Source of the DNA: a virus
Taxonomy: Duplodnaviria > Caudoviricetes
Reading direction: 5' to 3' (one strand)
Length of the DNA stretch: 45,405 nt
IMG/VR virus record: IMGVR_UViG_3300043029_000195
Location: 1-45,405 of that record
Both the position numbers and the translations under genes were made by a program. Of the stretch, positions 10,012 to 19,630 are shown piece after piece; position 1 is the stretch's first letter; the number at the start of each line of letters is the position of its first letter. The notes beneath the pieces were generated by a model. It did not search any database. It saw only the letters and a program-made list of their open reading frames with translations, and had not been told where the DNA came from.

Positions 10012-10221
10012 CTACAACCACGAAGGAATCACATCATCAATAAACAGTTCTCTCTTCGGTTTTGCAATGCCGATAAACTGCTTGTGGCATTCCCAAAGAT
10101 CCATCAGATAACCTATAGGCATCAGCCACACCTCATCTTCTTTACGATTAAGATGGGCTGTGCCGTAATAGATCAGTCGGGTAAATAACTCCTCATCACT
10201 TACCCGACTACCTCGTTTTTT
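10012..10221 (-). CDS. -1 frameshift extension of the tail assembly chaperone (gpGT-like)
   Basis: Slippery A AAA AAC at 10221..10215; -1 frame open as RGSRVSDEELFTRLIYYGTAHLNRKEDEVWLMPIGYLMDLWECHKQFIG...PSWL to TAG at 10012. Confidence 0.8.
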   Translation of the reverse strand, partial: KKRGSRVSDEELFTRLIYYGTAHLNRKEDEVWLMPIGYLMDLWECHKQFIGIAKPKRELFIDDVIPSWL

Positions 10222-10610
10222 GAGGGTTCACTCTCCACATTTCTCTTGGTCCCCTTCATCATACTGGCCATGATGGCGTTCTTGTAGGTCGCTAGATCAA
10301 AAGGTGTGGTGAGAAGCTCCACTTCTTCTTCGGTGAGGAGCTCTTTCTTCTGATCCTTATTCCTGATGTTATGAATCAAGATGGACTGATTGGCCAGAAG
10401 TGTAATCAGCCACACAATCTCATCAAGTGCCATTTCAAAGTTCTCAGTTTTCATGAGCTTCTCGCCAAGGTTTTCAAGACCGCCATAACGTCCTGCAATT
10501 TCTTTTGTTGCCTTCGTGGTGAGTACTAATTTAAACTCTGTGCCACCGATTTCAATGGTGGCGCTTCTATCTTCAGATGCTTCTGTGAGTTTTACATTTT
10601 CATCTACCAT
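10200..10610 (-). CDS. Tail assembly chaperone (gpG-like)
   Basis: Between major tail and tape measure genes; ends PSKNEVVG over a slippery site. Confidence 0.85.
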   Translation of the reverse strand: MVDENVKLTEASEDRSATIEIGGTEFKLVLTTKATKEIAGRYGGLENLGEKLMKTENFEMALDEIVWLITLLANQSILIHNIRNKDQKKELLTEEEVELLTTPFDLATYKNAIMASMMKGTKRNVESEPSKNEVVG

Positions 10611-10624
10611 TTATCTTCCCTCCA

Positions 10625-11506
10625 TTAAGATACGATTACCGTCGCTACTTCAGTGGTCACAGGATCTGCTCCACTTAAGTTCAGCACACAGTAATAGTAA
10701 TAGGTATCTGCCAGAAGATCCGTTGGGATATCAAAGCTGGCAGAGGTCTCTCCATTAATTGGTGTACCGCCTGTAGAACTATCGATGGTGTTTTCATACC
10801 ACTGATACGTTACAGGGTTGGACGTATTGGAGCTTGCCACCACAGAAAGACTTCCCGTAATGCTACCGACTGTCACTTCGGTGAGGGCTGCGGGCTGAGT
10901 CGTGATGGTAATCGCCGGTGTTACCGGAGTAAAGTCCGGTTCATACACGGAAGCGAACCACCCGGAAATAGTAGATGGCGCAACACCGTTATCTCCTTCG
11001 GTGACTTCTGCTTTCCATGGGTGTTTGTTCTCCCCATCCAGTTTGTTTCGTCTAAAGACCATCCCCTCTATGGTGGGACTACTAAATGTAATAGAATCAC
11101 CTTTGGTCGCAAGGCTGGTAGCAGGAACGCTGAAGATAACTCTGTAAAGCCAAAAATATCTATAGCGCCCATTGGCCTTCTTTGCACGAAACCCGATGGC
11201 CACTGGACTTCCTCCATCTTCACTTCTTGAAACAACGACATTGTTACTGTCGATTTTACATCCTGTTAAATCCTGAGCTACCACCGAGCCAATATCATCA
11301 ATCCCAAGAGTCAGTGCGCCGCTTTTGAATTCCTTGACCACTTCTGAAGCACCATCATCCGCATAGAGAATTGCTTCAATCAGCTCCACACTCAGTTCTG
11401 CTGTCATGGCTTTTGCCAGGACTTTTGGTGTACCATAGGTTTCGATGCCATTTTCATCTTCTGTAATTTTGGCGTAGTATAGACTATCCAATCCAATTGT
11501 TGCCAT
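10625..11506 (-). CDS. Major tail protein (phi13 type) with in-frame C-terminal Ig-like domain
   Basis: MATIGLDSLYYAKIT, LYADDG; C-terminal ITTQP...YQWY...YYCV Ig motif. Confidence 0.9.
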   Translation of the reverse strand: MATIGLDSLYYAKITEDENGIETYGTPKVLAKAMTAELSVELIEAILYADDGASEVVKEFKSGALTLGIDDIGSVVAQDLTGCKIDSNNVVVSRSEDGGSPVAIGFRAKKANGRYRYFWLYRVIFSVPATSLATKGDSITFSSPTIEGMVFRRNKLDGENKHPWKAEVTEGDNGVAPSTISGWFASVYEPDFTPVTPAITITTQPAALTEVTVGSITGSLSVVASSNTSNPVTYQWYENTIDSSTGGTPINGETSASFDIPTDLLADTYYYYCVLNLSGADPVTTEVATVIVS

Positions 11507-11544
11507 GTCCTATTCCTCCTTCAAAATAGCTGAGTCTGCTTCAG

Positions 11545-11892
11545 CTAAAAATTCACTTCATAAACTTTTGCCACATCGATGGCGAAGTGGTGAAAACCAG
11601 TATCTTCTTCGTATCCAAGATACCTTCTATCCGTTATGATAAAGCCCGCTCCTATTAGTGCTTCTACTACTTCATTTTTTCTAGCCTGATAGTTGCCTTT
11701 AGAGAACAAGGAGAGACGAACTTCCTGTAGTTCTGCACTTGGCAGATCATCAGCATAATGATCGAAGATATCACTCATAGGGGTAAGGACCAGATATTCA
11801 TCCGGAGCCTTTTTACTAAACACACCCGTTTCAATGGGAATCCCCAAAGGCTCAAGGACCTCGCCTATATCTTTCAAAATACTGTTGTACAC
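11545..11892 (-). CDS. Tail completion/terminator-like protein
   Basis: Size and position; YEEDTGFHH motif; alternative start codon. Confidence 0.7.
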   Translation of the reverse strand: MYNSILKDIGEVLEPLGIPIETGVFSKKAPDEYLVLTPMSDIFDHYADDLPSAELQEVRLSLFSKGNYQARKNEVVEALIGAGFIITDRRYLGYEEDTGFHHFAIDVAKVYEVNF

Positions 11893-11912
11893 GACCTTCG
11901 CCCTCCCTTCTT

Positions 11913-12344
11913 TTAGATTTTGCTTATCTCTTCATCCAGCTTTCTTTTCATTGTCTCAATACAGGCGTTTCGACTAGCTGTTTTCGCCGGTTTCAAGAAT
12001 GGCTTAGCCGGTTGCCCGGATTTTCCATACTCTAAAATATTAGCTATTTTTGCATTTGACTCTCCATCACTTCTAGGCTCATCAAAGCCCACTTTCACGT
12101 TATAATTCCCATCTCGATCCACACCAGCAGGCGTTACACCAAGAGCATCAATCAGTTCTCCTGTAGATCTTGATGGAAGTTTTGTGTCACTTCCAACGGT
12201 TGCCTGTAGATTGGCCTTCACTTTGGCTTTCACCACTTCGCCACCAGCTTCCAGGACCTTAGGGATAATTTCATCGGTCTTCTCTGCCAAGGTAGATACC
12301 TTTAACAAAAAATCTTCAGGTAGCTTGTAGGTTGCTCGTGCCAT
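11913..12344 (-). CDS. HK97 gp10-like morphogenesis protein
   Basis: RSTGEL, LEYG...QPAKPFLKPA. Confidence 0.88.
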   Translation of the reverse strand: MARATYKLPEDFLLKVSTLAEKTDEIIPKVLEAGGEVVKAKVKANLQATVGSDTKLPSRSTGELIDALGVTPAGVDRDGNYNVKVGFDEPRSDGESNAKIANILEYGKSGQPAKPFLKPAKTASRNACIETMKRKLDEEISKI

Positions 12345-12355
12345 GAAATCACCCC

Positions 12356-12685
12356 CTAGTCCTTCGTGGCTTCTATCTTTTCTGCTGCTACTTCTAAATA
12401 AAATCCCATAATAACCTCAACGCTTAAGATTCGGTACTCACCGGTATCACAGCGAATCAGCATGCCAGGTTCAATCACCGCATCAGGAATCCTTCTAAAC
12501 TGAAAGGTGGCATTAGCCTTGGTGTAGGCGGCCATATTGGCCCACTTTCTTGAACCGTGTCTTTCATCTCTGTATGCACGAACACTGGCGATGATCTCTT
12601 CTCCCTTAGAAGAGAATCCTTCATCGTCCTTGATGGGAATCGTATCGATGATGTCGATTCGGGTGTTCATCTTCCCAAAGCTCAT
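12356..12685 (-). CDS. Head-closure (head-tail adaptor) protein
   Basis: MSFGKMNTRI...DDEGF, ATFQFR; position. Confidence 0.8.
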   Translation of the reverse strand: MSFGKMNTRIDIIDTIPIKDDEGFSSKGEEIIASVRAYRDERHGSRKWANMAAYTKANATFQFRRIPDAVIEPGMLIRCDTGEYRILSVEVIMGFYLEVAAEKIEATKD

Positions 12686-12803
12686 ACCCTTCACCTGCCT
12701 TTACTGCCTTCTCCTCATAACCATGACTGCGATCCTTTCGTCTGCCTTTTCGGTAGCATCTTTTCTGACGTTTTCTTCTTTTCTTCACCCATAGTCGTTT
12801 CAT
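12621..12803 (-). CDS. Possible 60-aa Arg/Lys-rich small protein
   Basis: ATG overlaps the connector stop (TGATG) with RBS AAAGGAG; MKRLWVKKRRKRQKRCYRKGRRK...; overlaps the head-closure gene by 65 nt. Confidence 0.35.
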   Translation of the reverse strand: MKRLWVKKRRKRQKRCYRKGRRKDRSHGYEEKAVKAGEGYELWEDEHPNRHHRYDSHQGR

Positions 12804-13111
12804 CAGACCTGCCACTCCTTTCCCATGCGTAGAAGTAGATGTACTGTCTTCCACACCTGTTCTGAAGCACTGACATTGTCATTAAAGAAACCACCGGTGG
12901 AGCCATCACGACTCTCATAAAAATGAGAAGCCAGCATAATGACCCCTTGCTCGGTGGTCGGTGACATGGTATTTTCCGTGTAGAAGCCAGTACCTAGATG
13001 CTGATAACCTTCGGCATAGCTGATGGCAGCGGTAATGAACCCTTCTAGCAAGGCATCATCCTCATTATGAGTTACAATGAGATTTTGTTTTACCTTCTCA
13101 AGAAGTGTCAT
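12803..13111 (-). CDS. Head-tail connector (gp6-like)
   Basis: LEKVKQNL...EDDALL, LASHFYESR. Confidence 0.9.
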   Translation of the reverse strand: MTLLEKVKQNLIVTHNEDDALLEGFITAAISYAEGYQHLGTGFYTENTMSPTTEQGVIMLASHFYESRDGSTGGFFNDNVSASEQVWKTVHLLLRMGKEWQV

Positions 13112-13117
13112 CTACCA

Positions 13118-13342
13118 TCACTCGCTTTCCATCAGGCCAGCAGTTTTAAGCTTTAAAAGCAAGGCATTGAAATCAGCTACCAGGTCCGCCACATCTACAG
13201 CGGTACTATCTGCTTGAAGCGCTGCAGGTTTCAACTCTGTACCGTTAAAGGTGACTTTTCCTTCTGCCGTTACGGCAAGTTCTCCTCCAATGACGGTCTT
13301 CTCGCCACCCTGCTCTGTATAGTTTTTTGTGTTATATCCCAT
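13118..13342 (-). CDS. Head fiber/decoration-like protein
   Basis: Directly after capsid gene; DFNALLxKLKxAGLM motif. Confidence 0.7.
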   Translation of the reverse strand: MGYNTKNYTEQGGEKTVIGGELAVTAEGKVTFNGTELKPAALQADSTAVDVADLVADFNALLLKLKTAGLMESE

Positions 13343-13365
13343 GGTTTTCCCTCCTTATCAAAGTG

Positions 13366-13395
13366 AAAGGAAGGTAGTAACTAGGACCACCTTCC
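13366..13395 (-). terminator. Hairpin/terminator after the major capsid gene
   Basis: GGAAGGTGGT...ACTACCTTCC followed by TTT. Confidence 0.55.
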
Positions 13396-13406
13396 CGTTA
13401 AATTAC

Positions 13407-14600
13407 TTAGGCCTTTTGCTGAAGGACCTTGATGGCTTCAGGAAGGATCAACTTAGCATCCAGTCTCTGAGATGCAAGGAAACCGACCTGACCATTTGCT
13501 GCATAAAGTTCGTTCAGACGTTTGAAGGTTCTACCCTGACGATCAGCAATCCAGTAGTACTTGAAGTCTCCAAAGAGAATGGTCTTCTCACCCGCTGCAG
13601 CTACTGGCATGTACTGAGAAGTAACCACCGGACGATTGAGAATCGTATCTGGTGTTCCTGCCTGAACAGATGGCTGCCATAAGTACTGACCTTGACCATC
13701 TTTCAGCTTTCTGATAGCTTTGATGGTCGCATCGTTCACAAGGAAGGTGGCATTCTTTCTATAGGCCGATTTCAAGCTGTGGTAAAGGTCCAGCACCTCA
13801 TCAATGGTGATGGCTGTTGCACTTGCAGCAGTCACGCCAAGGCTTGCTCCACCAGTTGTATGAAGAAGACCTGTAGGTTTGCTGCTACCATTTCCAGTGA
13901 GGAAACTTTCCTCCTCTGCGGCACCGATTCGTCTTGCAAACTCAGCTGCAATGTAGGCTTCAAGGTCGAAGTAGCTGTCATTGAGAAGCTCATCAGAAAC
14001 CTTCAGCATGGTACCAAGTTTGTAGGCTGACAAGGTCACCTGAGTGAATGCATCATCACTTTCAGTGAAGGCAGCTTCTTCGTCCATCCATGCGGCGGAT
14101 CCATGACTTGCTACAACAGGAATCTTTCTATCCCCGTAGCTGGTCGTAATCACGTTACACAGATTTCTTAGAACGTTAGCCTCTTCAAGTGCCTGAATCA
14201 GCTGGTTCTCATACTCATCCGGTACAAGGAAACCGCCTTCTGAATCGGTACCAATCTGAAGCGCGTTGTGAACCGCAGGGTTCATCTTGTTTCTCATGGC
14301 ACCCCAAAAGGCACTTTTATAGGCATCGGATGCTCTGCCGGTTTTTTCTTCGGTCATCTTATCAGGTCTTGAAGCGAGAGGTTTGCTGAGGGCAGCTGAA
14401 AGCTCTCTGTCCATCATCTCTTGACGCTCAAGGCGCTCGATTTCTTTTCCAAGGCTGACCACTTCATCTTCCATCTTTTCATAGACGGCATTGTCCTCAG
14501 GTTTGATCAGACCATTCTCCTGACGATGCTCATCGAGGAATGTCTTAGCCTGCTCCCAAACCTTGGCGCGTTTCTCTCTTAGTTCTTGAATTTTACTCAT
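13407..14600 (-). CDS. Major capsid protein, HK97 fold
   Basis: Coiled-coil delta domain, EGGFLVP, SDELLNDS, GQYLWQP, FGDF; start MSKIQ from RBS GGAGG. Confidence 0.96.
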   Translation of the reverse strand: MSKIQELREKRAKVWEQAKTFLDEHRQENGLIKPEDNAVYEKMEDEVVSLGKEIERLERQEMMDRELSAALSKPLASRPDKMTEEKTGRASDAYKSAFWGAMRNKMNPAVHNALQIGTDSEGGFLVPDEYENQLIQALEEANVLRNLCNVITTSYGDRKIPVVASHGSAAWMDEEAAFTESDDAFTQVTLSAYKLGTMLKVSDELLNDSYFDLEAYIAAEFARRIGAAEEESFLTGNGSSKPTGLLHTTGGASLGVTAASATAITIDEVLDLYHSLKSAYRKNATFLVNDATIKAIRKLKDGQGQYLWQPSVQAGTPDTILNRPVVTSQYMPVAAAGEKTILFGDFKYYWIADRQGRTFKRLNELYAANGQVGFLASQRLDAKLILPEAIKVLQQKA

Positions 14601-14605
14601 ATTCA

Positions 14606-15412
14606 TTACCTCCAATTTTTAATCAGCTCCAGCCGTCTTTCCAGCTGGGCAATAGGGATAAGTGTCTTTTCTACTGGTTCTTGCTTTGGTTCTTTGTTCA
14701 CGGGTACCGCTTCAGGTGTGGCTATCTTCTCTTCTCCCTGTTTATCAGAGAGGTATTTCATCCTCGCCTGAATGCCTGGGAGTTTGTTCCTTAGAGCATT
14801 TGTCACTGTCATCTGGTCAAAGATAAAGCCACCGGAACCTTCATCTACCGGCTCTGATTCATAGAGAATCTTGTCGGCAAACTTCAGCTCGATGGCCTTA
14901 TGGGCACTCATCCAGGTTTCAGCGTCCATCATGTGTGAGATTTTCGCTCTGGAAAGTCCCGTCTTTGTCTGATAAGCATTGATAATACTCTCTTTTACTT
15001 CACTGAGTAGGTTAATCCCCACCTGCAGATCCGCCACCTCACCAGCAATAAGCATTGCTGGGTTATGGATCATGATTACTGATAACGGAGAAACACACAC
15101 CTCATCTCCCGCCATGGCAATGACAGAAGCGGCACTGGCTGCAAGCCCATCAATATGGACACTGACCTTGCCAGGATATTCCCTCAGCATGTTGTAAATC
15201 TGCGCTGCTGCGAAGGTGTCTCCACCTGGTGAGTGTATCTTTACAACAATGTCATCCGTTTCTGGACCACTGGCATAAAGCTCTGTTTTAAACTGTTTTG
15301 GGGTGATGTCATCATCGAACCAAGAGGACTCAGCAATGTACCCTTCAAGATGCAGGGTTCTTACCGTAGGCTCCTCGGCTTCATTCACCACCCAACGCCA
15401 AAATTTATCCAT
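14606..15412 (-). CDS. ClpP-type head maturation protease
   Basis: IHSPGGD, GLAASAASVIAMAG, MIHNP, ETWM. Confidence 0.95.
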   Translation of the reverse strand: MDKFWRWVVNEAEEPTVRTLHLEGYIAESSWFDDDITPKQFKTELYASGPETDDIVVKIHSPGGDTFAAAQIYNMLREYPGKVSVHIDGLAASAASVIAMAGDEVCVSPLSVIMIHNPAMLIAGEVADLQVGINLLSEVKESIINAYQTKTGLSRAKISHMMDAETWMSAHKAIELKFADKILYESEPVDEGSGGFIFDQMTVTNALRNKLPGIQARMKYLSDKQGEEKIATPEAVPVNKEPKQEPVEKTLIPIAQLERRLELIKNWR

Positions 15413-15436
15413 CTAATCGACCTCCTTTCAGGCATG

Positions 15437-15467
15437 AAAAAAGCACTCCTCGTTTTTGAGAAATGCT
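15437..15467 (-). terminator. Terminator-like hairpin between portal and protease
   Basis: AGCATTTCTC...GAGGAGTGCT then TTTTTCATGCC. Confidence 0.55.
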
Positions 15468-15530
15468 GTTGATACTTTAAAATCTAATCTGTAGTTGTCC
15501 ACAGAAATGGGCCAAGTTATACACTTATCA

Positions 15531-16766
15531 TCAAGGCTCATCACCACCAGACTCATCCAGGGCTTTCTTTGCATAAGCCCCGGCCATCTTAAGGGGCAGC
15601 ATATTACCATTGACCAGATACAAATCTCCACCATCTTCTTCCGATATTGGATCCATGTTCTCCATCCGCCTTACATCATTGACGGAGAAGAACCCGTTCT
15701 GAATACCGATGGCGTAACCATCCATCCTGGATTTATAATCCCCTCTCATCAGTGCCGATGCGTTGAAGGACACGAAGCACTGGCCTTTCTCTTTTTCAAG
15801 GAAGAGCTTCTTGTTCATGGCCTGTTCTATTCGAACCAGCCAAGGTCTGATGGTGTGGACCACAAAGCTGATGGATTGGTTCTCAATGTTACTGAATGAA
15901 CTCTTGCTAAGGTCCGCCACCATATGGGGTGGCACTTGAAAGATTCTACAAATCTCTTCTATCTGAAACTTCCTCGTCTCTAGAAACTGCGCATCGGAGT
16001 TGGGCATACTGATGGCTTGGTACTGAAGGCCATCTTCAAGGACTGCCACCTTATTGCTGTTTCCACTTCCTCCATAGGCTGCCTGCCAGGCATCTCTCAC
16101 TTTTGAAGGATCCTTGATGGTTCCTGATGTTGAAAGAATACCGCTTGGTGTGGCATTGTTGGCAAAGAACCTCCCACCATATTCTTCAGCAGCAATGTTC
16201 AAGCCGATGGCATTTTTCGCAAGGGCCACCGGTGAGTACCCCATCACCCCATCAAAACCTAGACCCGGTACATGAAGAACATCTTCTGGTCCTAGATAAT
16301 GGGTGGTGGTGTCCTTCCTATAAGCGTAGTAGAGATTGCCATTCTTATCTCGATCTACCGTCATCTTATCGGGAAGCAGGGGATAAAGATGCACCACTTC
16401 CCCTTTGCCATTTCGAATGATCTGGCAGTAGGCATTTCCCCATAGAAGAAGGTGGGTCATCATGGTTTCTCTTAAAGTAAAGGACGTCATCTCCGGGTTT
16501 GGTTCATCGTGTAAAATCCTATAAAGTGGGTGGGTGTACATCTTTTCTTTCCCATCACCTTGGTACCTGTAAGTGTGAAGGGGTAAAGAGGCCACCGTCT
16601 CGGCAATGATTCTCACACAGGCAAAGACTGCTGTGGTCTGCATAGAACTTCGCTCGTTGACAATTTTCCCCGATATACTTTGGCCCATATAAAAGTTCGG
16701 TGCACTACTGACACTGTTTGTGGGTTCTGCCCTCGCCTTAAAGAGCCATTTAAAAAAGTTCGCCAT
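15531..16766 (-). CDS. Portal protein, HK97 family
   Basis: AVFACVRIIAETVASLP, LWGNAY, DAQFLETRK, FQVPPHM. Confidence 0.96.
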   Translation of the reverse strand: MANFFKWLFKARAEPTNSVSSAPNFYMGQSISGKIVNERSSMQTTAVFACVRIIAETVASLPLHTYRYQGDGKEKMYTHPLYRILHDEPNPEMTSFTLRETMMTHLLLWGNAYCQIIRNGKGEVVHLYPLLPDKMTVDRDKNGNLYYAYRKDTTTHYLGPEDVLHVPGLGFDGVMGYSPVALAKNAIGLNIAAEEYGGRFFANNATPSGILSTSGTIKDPSKVRDAWQAAYGGSGNSNKVAVLEDGLQYQAISMPNSDAQFLETRKFQIEEICRIFQVPPHMVADLSKSSFSNIENQSISFVVHTIRPWLVRIEQAMNKKLFLEKEKGQCFVSFNASALMRGDYKSRMDGYAIGIQNGFFSVNDVRRMENMDPISEEDGGDLYLVNGNMLPLKMAGAYAKKALDESGGDEP

Positions 16767-16785
16767 AATCTATGTTCACCCCCTT

Positions 16786-18342
16786 CTATCCTAAAATGAT
16801 CATGTCACGTTCATCGTAAATGGATCCATCATCATCCGGCGGATTCACCGTTGCTCTGGCAAGACCCATGATCATGGCCACGATACCATCGATCTTTTCT
16901 GAGGACTTTTCCTTGTCCACCTTGATGTTTCCAGCAGGGTCCGTTCTGACCACAATGTTATCTGCCATCCACCGAAGAACCGGGTGACCGCCATGGGCTA
17001 TCTGCTTGCTTAAGGTGAGTCGCATGAGATCCTTAGTTGGTGGAGACATGTCTTTAAAGCCCTGGCCAAAAGGCACAACGGTAAATCCCATACCTTCTAG
17101 GTTCTGACTCATCTGCGTAGCGCCCCAGCGGTCATAGACGATTTCTCTGATGTTGTATTTCTCACCAAGACGCTCGATGAATTTTTCGATGAATCCATAG
17201 TGGACCACGTTTCCTTCTGTAAGATTTAGAAGTCCCTGCCGGTGCCAGATATCATAGGGAACGCTGTCTCTTTTCACCCGCTGATGAAGGGTCTCCTCCG
17301 GAAGCCAGAAATATGGGAGCACCTGAAACTTATCTCCATCTTCAAGGGGTGGAAACACTAAGACAAAAGCGGTGATGTCACTGGTTGAGGATAGGTCAAG
17401 ACCTCCGTAGCAGACTCGCCCTTTCAGCTCTTCCGGGTCTACAGTGAAATTACAAAGGTCCCACTTATCCATGGGCATCCATTTGATTTCCTGCTTTAAC
17501 CACATGTTCAGTCTTAGCTGTTTAAACAAGGCGAGATCTGCCGGATCGTCTTTGACTTGATTGTAGTGCTCCCTGACCCTCTCTATAGAAATGGTATGAC
17601 CAAGACTTGGGTTGGCCTTGTACCAATTGTTTTCATCTTCAATATCCGCATCGTCCTCTAATCCATAGATAATGGCGAGGAATGTGGGATCTACTCTCTT
17701 ACCTTCCAGTATGTCTTTAGCCTTTTGATGCATCTCCCAGCCATAGCCAGAGAGTTGATTCCCTGCAGTGGTGAGATATAAAAATAGCGGCTGGGTTCTC
17801 GCATCCCCTGAGCCGGTGGTCAGCATCTTGGCAAGGTCTGGATTTGGATAGGTCCAAATCTCATCAAGGATAACGCAGGAAGCATTGATCCCGGACTTTG
17901 ATTTAACATCGGAACTTAGTACCTGATAGAAGCTTCCCGTCTTTGGATAGACGATTCGCTTGGTGGATCTTACCAGATTGGTCACTTTTGATAGGGTTGG
18001 ATTCCCTTCCACGAAGTTCATGCTGGTGTTAAAAATGATGCTGGCCTGTTGTCTATCACAGGCGGCTACATACACTTCTGCGTTGGGTTCTCCATCAGCA
18101 AGAAGCATGTAAAGGGCAATGGCTGCGCCCAGCTCCGACTTACCGTTTTTCTTACCAATCTCCACATAGGCCGTTCGGTACTGGCGGGTACCATCTTCCC
18201 TTAAGGTTCCAAATAGACGCCTCACCAGGTCTTTCTCCCAGGGGAGTAATTTAAAAGGCTGACCGGCCCATCTGCCTTTGGTCAGCTTCAGTTGTTCTAT
18301 AAAGTTTATAGCGTGGTTGGCATGAGCTTCACTAAATGGCAT
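16786..18342 (-). CDS. terL: Terminase large subunit
   Basis: Walker A GKKNGKS, Walker B VILDE, LTTAG, GGLDLS, KIDGIVA. Confidence 0.96.
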   Translation of the reverse strand: MPFSEAHANHAINFIEQLKLTKGRWAGQPFKLLPWEKDLVRRLFGTLREDGTRQYRTAYVEIGKKNGKSELGAAIALYMLLADGEPNAEVYVAACDRQQASIIFNTSMNFVEGNPTLSKVTNLVRSTKRIVYPKTGSFYQVLSSDVKSKSGINASCVILDEIWTYPNPDLAKMLTTGSGDARTQPLFLYLTTAGNQLSGYGWEMHQKAKDILEGKRVDPTFLAIIYGLEDDADIEDENNWYKANPSLGHTISIERVREHYNQVKDDPADLALFKQLRLNMWLKQEIKWMPMDKWDLCNFTVDPEELKGRVCYGGLDLSSTSDITAFVLVFPPLEDGDKFQVLPYFWLPEETLHQRVKRDSVPYDIWHRQGLLNLTEGNVVHYGFIEKFIERLGEKYNIREIVYDRWGATQMSQNLEGMGFTVVPFGQGFKDMSPPTKDLMRLTLSKQIAHGGHPVLRWMADNIVVRTDPAGNIKVDKEKSSEKIDGIVAMIMGLARATVNPPDDDGSIYDERDMIILG

Positions 18343-18363
18343 AGGCGTCTTCCTCCTTTCAAA

Positions 18364-18876
18364 TTAGTCGTCCTTACTCTTTTTTAGAATATCTTCGGCC
18401 TTTGGTACATTTGAAAGCAGCTCTTCCATGGCATCGCCCTCGATGGTGTTACCACTGTTATTGATGTTGAGTCTACTTCTGGCCGATGGGCTTAGCCCAA
18501 GTTCTGAACAGAAATTTCGCATCTGCTTAAGGTTTTGCTGGGCAATGGATACTTGAGGGATCTGCTGAATGTATCCTGAAGCGGTCTTCAAAATGGATCC
18601 ATGCTTTGAGATGAATTCCTCCGCTTCCTTCCATCTGGCGTAGGCCTGACAGTACCCAGCAAAGGCAGCCATATCCACTTGAGTCAGCAGTCCCATAGCT
18701 TCAAGTTCTTTTGATAGCCTTCTCCATTCTTTCTTGGCATCCGGCTCCAGCCATGACGGGCACTTGGGTGCTATCTGTTTTGGTTTCGGTTCGTTCTTAT
18801 TGAGTGGTCTTTTTCCTGGATTTCCTTCCAGCTCTTTGACCGCTGTGGGTTTTGGTGGTCTTCCTCTACCTGCCAT
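18364..18876 (-). CDS. terS: Terminase small subunit, P27 family
   Basis: GRPPKPT..K.LEGNPGKR, LGLSPSARSR. Confidence 0.93.
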   Translation of the reverse strand: MAGRGRPPKPTAVKELEGNPGKRPLNKNEPKPKQIAPKCPSWLEPDAKKEWRRLSKELEAMGLLTQVDMAAFAGYCQAYARWKEAEEFISKHGSILKTASGYIQQIPQVSIAQQNLKQMRNFCSELGLSPSARSRLNINNSGNTIEGDAMEELLSNVPKAEDILKKSKDD

Positions 18877-18905
18877 AACTTTCACCTCCTTTATTTACTG
18901 CAAAG

Positions 18906-18927
18906 AAAAAGAGCCATTTTCAGGCTC
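18906..18927 (-). terminator. Terminator-like hairpin upstream of terS
   Basis: GAGCCTGAAAATGGCTC-TTTTT. Confidence 0.55.
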
Positions 18928-18936
18928 CAAACGTTA

Positions 18937-19152
18937 TTAATTCACTTTGTTTATGTCGACTTTAATTTCTTCAACTGCCCATCCTGTGAAGCTTTTGAAC
19001 CAGTCCTTTGAAAACTTCTCTGCCATCTCTTCGGTGTCCCAGTAGCAGGCTTCGTCAAAATCAAAGGTCCATTTAGGGTGGCCATCCCACATGCTGAGGT
19101 ATAGCTTCTTACCCGCTTTCATTTGCATCGTTACCGTGTAGAAAATCTCCAT
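18937..19152 (-). CDS. Small hypothetical protein (71 aa, Trp-rich)
   Basis: ATG at 19152 with RBS AAGGAGG and its own copy of the promoter motif; the ORF track start is too far upstream. Confidence 0.75.
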   Translation of the reverse strand: MEIFYTVTMQMKAGKKLYLSMWDGHPKWTFDFDEACYWDTEEMAEKFSKDWFKSFTGWAVEEIKVDINKVN

Positions 19153-19180
19153 TTCTTTCGCCTCCTTCGTTTTGGTATAT

Positions 19181-19213
19181 ACATATATCACTCTGAAGGC
19201 TAAATTAGTCAAG
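19181..19213 (-). promoter_or_regulatory. 33-bp repeated promoter-like motif
   Basis: CTTGACTAATTTAGCCTTCAGAGTGATATATGT. Confidence 0.75.
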
Positions 19214-19215
19214 GA

Positions 19216-19425
19216 TTACTTCCCACGGATTCCTTTATAATTAAAGTTCCCTTTTCGAATCTCTTCATGATCTGCTTCCACAGCTTTGTTATATTCAGGG
19301 TCTTTTGTTTCCTGCTCTTTGCAGCTTATGCAGATGCACTGTTCATTGAACATGGACATGATTCGCCCACCTTCTAAGCTGCCACCGCAGCGGTCACAAT
19401 GTTTTTGACTAAAAAATCGATCCAT
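19216..19425 (-). CDS. Small Cys-rich (CxxC...CxxC) hypothetical protein
   Basis: CDRC and CISC pairs; RBS GGAGGTG. Confidence 0.8.
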   Translation of the reverse strand: MDRFFSQKHCDRCGGSLEGGRIMSMFNEQCICISCKEQETKDPEYNKAVEADHEEIRKGNFNYKGIRGK

Positions 19426-19438
19426 CTACTCGCACCTC

Positions 19439-19630
19439 CTACTCCACATCCACATATTCCATCAGCATGGCCAGAGCTTCATCATAGCTCTTGGCTTCAG
19501 TTGTTATTCGCTTAACCATCTCATCTGCCTTTTCAGGCTCCCCAGCTTCCTTCAGGGTTCGTGACACAATCCCCATCAGATTAAAGATGTTACCATCCTC
19601 GCCAATGAGTCTGCATTTAGGTTTCATCAT
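19439..19630 (-). CDS. Small hypothetical phage protein
   Basis: KPKCRLIGEDGNIFNLMG...SYDEAL; start overlaps the end of the upstream gene. Confidence 0.75.
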   Translation of the reverse strand: MMKPKCRLIGEDGNIFNLMGIVSRTLKEAGEPEKADEMVKRITTEAKSYDEALAMLMEYVDVE

